From a virus (taxonomy: Duplodnaviria; Heunggongvirae; Uroviricota; Caudoviricetes): a stretch of 64,000 bases of DNA. The translations under genes and the position numbers were made by a program. Location of the stretch: IMG/VR virus record IMGVR_UViG_3300005613_000005, positions 27,213 to 91,212 of that record. One strand, 5' to 3'. This document shows positions 62,291 through 64,000 of this stretch, in pieces (within the stretch, counting starts at the first letter, position 1; every line of letters starts with the position of its first letter). The notes beneath the pieces were generated by a model that saw nothing but the letters and a program-made list of their open reading frames with translations, made no database searches and was not told the DNA's origin.

Positions 62291-62722
62291 GTGGGATGCG
62301 ACATACACATGTACATAGAGTACAGACACAACGGTTGTGACTGGCAAGCAGACAAGCACCACGTCGTCAGATCAGAAGACGGTGATTGTCCGCGCGACGT
62401 AGATGCCGCTTGTAGAAAATACGCTTTGTTCGCTGAACTGGCGAATGTCAGGGGATATGGTAACCGTGACATAGATCCACTTGGAATTCCTAAAGACGCC
62501 TCAAAAACTGTTAAAAAAGCCGTGGAATACTGGAGAGACGACGGACACTCGCACTCGTGGATAAGTTTAGAAGACTTTGAAAAGATCTTTAAAACTAAGG
62601 GATGGTACGATGATTCTGTTACTACGACTAAAGCGTTTTTCGATTGGCAAACGAGTCCTGGTAGTTATGGCGGATACCAAGATATCATAAATTACTGTCG
62701 CCGTAGTTATGGCGGATACTAA
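62291..62722 (+). CDS. hypothetical protein truncated by stop inside a 42-bp tandem duplication
   Basis: frame continues ~25 codons past the TAA in duplicated copy. Confidence 0.45.
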   Translation: MGCDIHMYIEYRHNGCDWQADKHHVVRSEDGDCPRDVDAACRKYALFAELANVRGYGNRDIDPLGIPKDASKTVKKAVEYWRDDGHSHSWISLEDFEKIFKTKGWYDDSVTTTKAFFDWQTSPGSYGGYQDIINYCRRSYGGY

Positions 62723-62744
62723 GATATCATAAATTACTGTCGCC
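62661..62744. repeat. 42-bp tandem direct duplication (2 copies, 1 mismatch)
   Basis: GTAGTTATGGCGGATAC(C/T)AAGATATCATAAATTACTGTCGCC x2; the C->T creates TAA. Confidence 0.9.
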
Positions 62745-62901
62745 AGCTCAAAGAACAAGAAGAAGTTATCGACTCTATTATCCTAGGAAAAGGTGCACAA
62801 GGAAAAGTTGACGTACGACTCGTATTTTTCTTCGATAGCTAGAACGATATAACCGAATCGAAATTTTATCGAGAAAATATAAAACGATTACAGGAGTATA
62901 C

Positions 62902-63624
62902 ATGGGAGTTTTTGATGACAAGACCTACGAAGATATGGATTTCGTGTCACAGTTGTGCGAGCCTGTGTTCAACCCGTTGGACGAAAAACTAGCCCAACTT
63001 CCCGACGAGTTCATAATCAACGACGACAACGTGTTCGATTTCGTTGAGGGAGGATATCGCGGACTGCGGACAATAGATTTCGACTTGATATTCAACAAAT
63101 TAACTGAGAGCATCACGATTGACTACGGTAGTAAAAGTGAACTTAAAAGTTGTTTTGATATAGAAATCCAAGTCGATGACGACGCCGTCCTAGACGTAGA
63201 AGAGCGAACATCAAAGGGGATATTCATCCGCGTCTTCAAGATCAAGGAACGGTTCGATGAAAAAGAAACGTTGAGTAAGCTCGGAAGAGAAGGTTTAAGC
63301 AAACTCAATCATGCTGTATATTGTTGTCGTCAGATGGACAAAGGACGCGTCAACGAGATGTTGGAGTTGTTGGGATTAGACGAAGCGCGTCGGTTCAGGT
63401 CCGTAAGAAAAAAAATAGGTTCACTGTACAACGAATTAAAGAAAATAATGGAAGAGAATCGCTGGAACTTGCGAGACATAGAATTGTCCAACAAAGTGTG
63501 TAAATGGATTTACTTGTACATGCGGGACAACAACGGTGCTGCTCTCGTCAACTTCTGTAAGTTAAAAGCGATGACGCACCAGACCGATGCCCCCATATAT
63601 TCTATAGAGGAGGAACAGGTATGA
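62902..63624 (+). CDS. hypothetical protein
   Basis: 240 aa; AACCGAATCGAAATTTT motif variant upstream. Confidence 0.5.
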   Translation: MGVFDDKTYEDMDFVSQLCEPVFNPLDEKLAQLPDEFIINDDNVFDFVEGGYRGLRTIDFDLIFNKLTESITIDYGSKSELKSCFDIEIQVDDDAVLDVEERTSKGIFIRVFKIKERFDEKETLSKLGREGLSKLNHAVYCCRQMDKGRVNEMLELLGLDEARRFRSVRKKIGSLYNELKKIMEENRWNLRDIELSNKVCKWIYLYMRDNNGAALVNFCKLKAMTHQTDAPIYSIEEEQV

Positions 63625-64000
63625 GCGAGATCTTTAAAGCCATAGAAAAACTTCGTCCAAGTAGATCCATATGGAAGCCGAAAGCAAGATCAGAATGGCG
63701 CCATCAAGATAAGATAGCCGCTGTATCTTTTGAATGCATAGGTGAGATCGATCAAGACATGAATGATGATCCAGTAGAACAGCTCGTTCTCGAAAAATAC
63801 AGTGAGGCATGGAACGACACCAATAAGAGATACCACATCGACAGTGACAGAACTTACAATGACGTGAGACGCAGCATGGCTGAAACCATAGTCACGTTGT
63901 TCAGCAATAACCATAAGACCATGCATCCCTTAAAGACTAAAATAGGTAAATGGCTCGTGGACAGTAATTTTTTAACAGCAGGAGACACGGACGACGTGAT
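63621..64000 (+). CDS. hypothetical protein (partial, continues beyond window end)
   Basis: ATGA-coupled ATG 63621; open to window edge. Confidence 0.45.
   Translation, partial: MSEIFKAIEKLRPSRSIWKPKARSEWRHQDKIAAVSFECIGEIDQDMNDDPVEQLVLEKYSEAWNDTNKRYHIDSDRTYNDVRRSMAETIVTLFSNNHKTMHPLKTKIGKWLVDSNFLTAGDTDDV

Noticed and set aside
1-64000. CRISPR arrays, rRNA genes, integrase/transposase genes
   Set aside because: No spaced direct-repeat arrays, no rRNA-like conserved stretches and no recognisable recombinase motifs were seen by eye. The only mobile-type elements are HNH homing endonucleases and the intein.

Overview
This window looks like part of a large, AT-rich bacteriophage genome with a contractile tail (myovirus-like).

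- **Structural module (1-8.8 kb, minus strand).** It carries two tandem tail-tube-like genes, a 736-aa tail sheath gene, neck-region hypotheticals and a 518-aa protein with a Nudix box. A free-standing HNH endonuclease fused to a P-loop kinase sits between the sheath and tube genes.
- **Early/middle region (8.9-47 kb, plus strand).** This long stretch of short, translationally coupled genes is dominated by expanded paralog families, listed here in window order.
  - About 15 small proteins share an LLxxLxVI helix motif.
  - Four ~170-aa 'MNQREAVY' proteins each sit behind a strong Shine-Dalgarno sequence.
  - Seven ATGA-coupled genes end in a conserved LYxEYLxDKAIEEEIL tail.
  - At least four HNH homing endonucleases plus one decayed copy are scattered through the window.
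  - Three ClpP-like protease genes are present.
- **Recognisable enzymes (plus strand, 22-47 kb).** Calls with sequence support are a class II-like ribonucleotide reductase split by a LAGLIDADG intein, a ThyX-fold protein, an ATP-dependent DNA ligase, a kinase plus metallophosphoesterase pair, a LigD-type 3'-phosphoesterase domain, a radical SAM protein, a minimal nucleotidyltransferase, and a secreted subtilase followed by an SPFH/flotillin protein.
- **GC-rich island (about 11.7-16.5 kb).** It carries a (GCT)n coding microsatellite and four copies of a 16-nt motif, CTGACACTGCTACGCC.
- **tRNA array (48.8-53.0 kb).** About 24 tRNA genes are present, including three Leu-anticodon tRNAs with short variable arms. 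An RNase P RNA of about 300 nt (type A, minimal) is embedded between tRNA-Phe and tRNA-Ser.
- **Distal region (54-64 kb).** It holds a HAD phosphatase, a fourth HNH endonuclease, a MoxR AAA+ and VWA/metallopeptidase pair, an Smr-domain protein and further hypotheticals.
- **Promoters.** Two classes are visible. One is host-type extended -10 TGGTATAAT elements. The other is a recurrent phage-specific motif, AACCGATCCGAT(T)AAT, 30-50 nt upstream of many start codons.

No rRNA genes, CRISPR arrays or recognisable transposable elements (insertion sequences/transposases) were seen; the HNH homing endonuclease genes and the intein are mobile-type elements and are listed under CDS/other.
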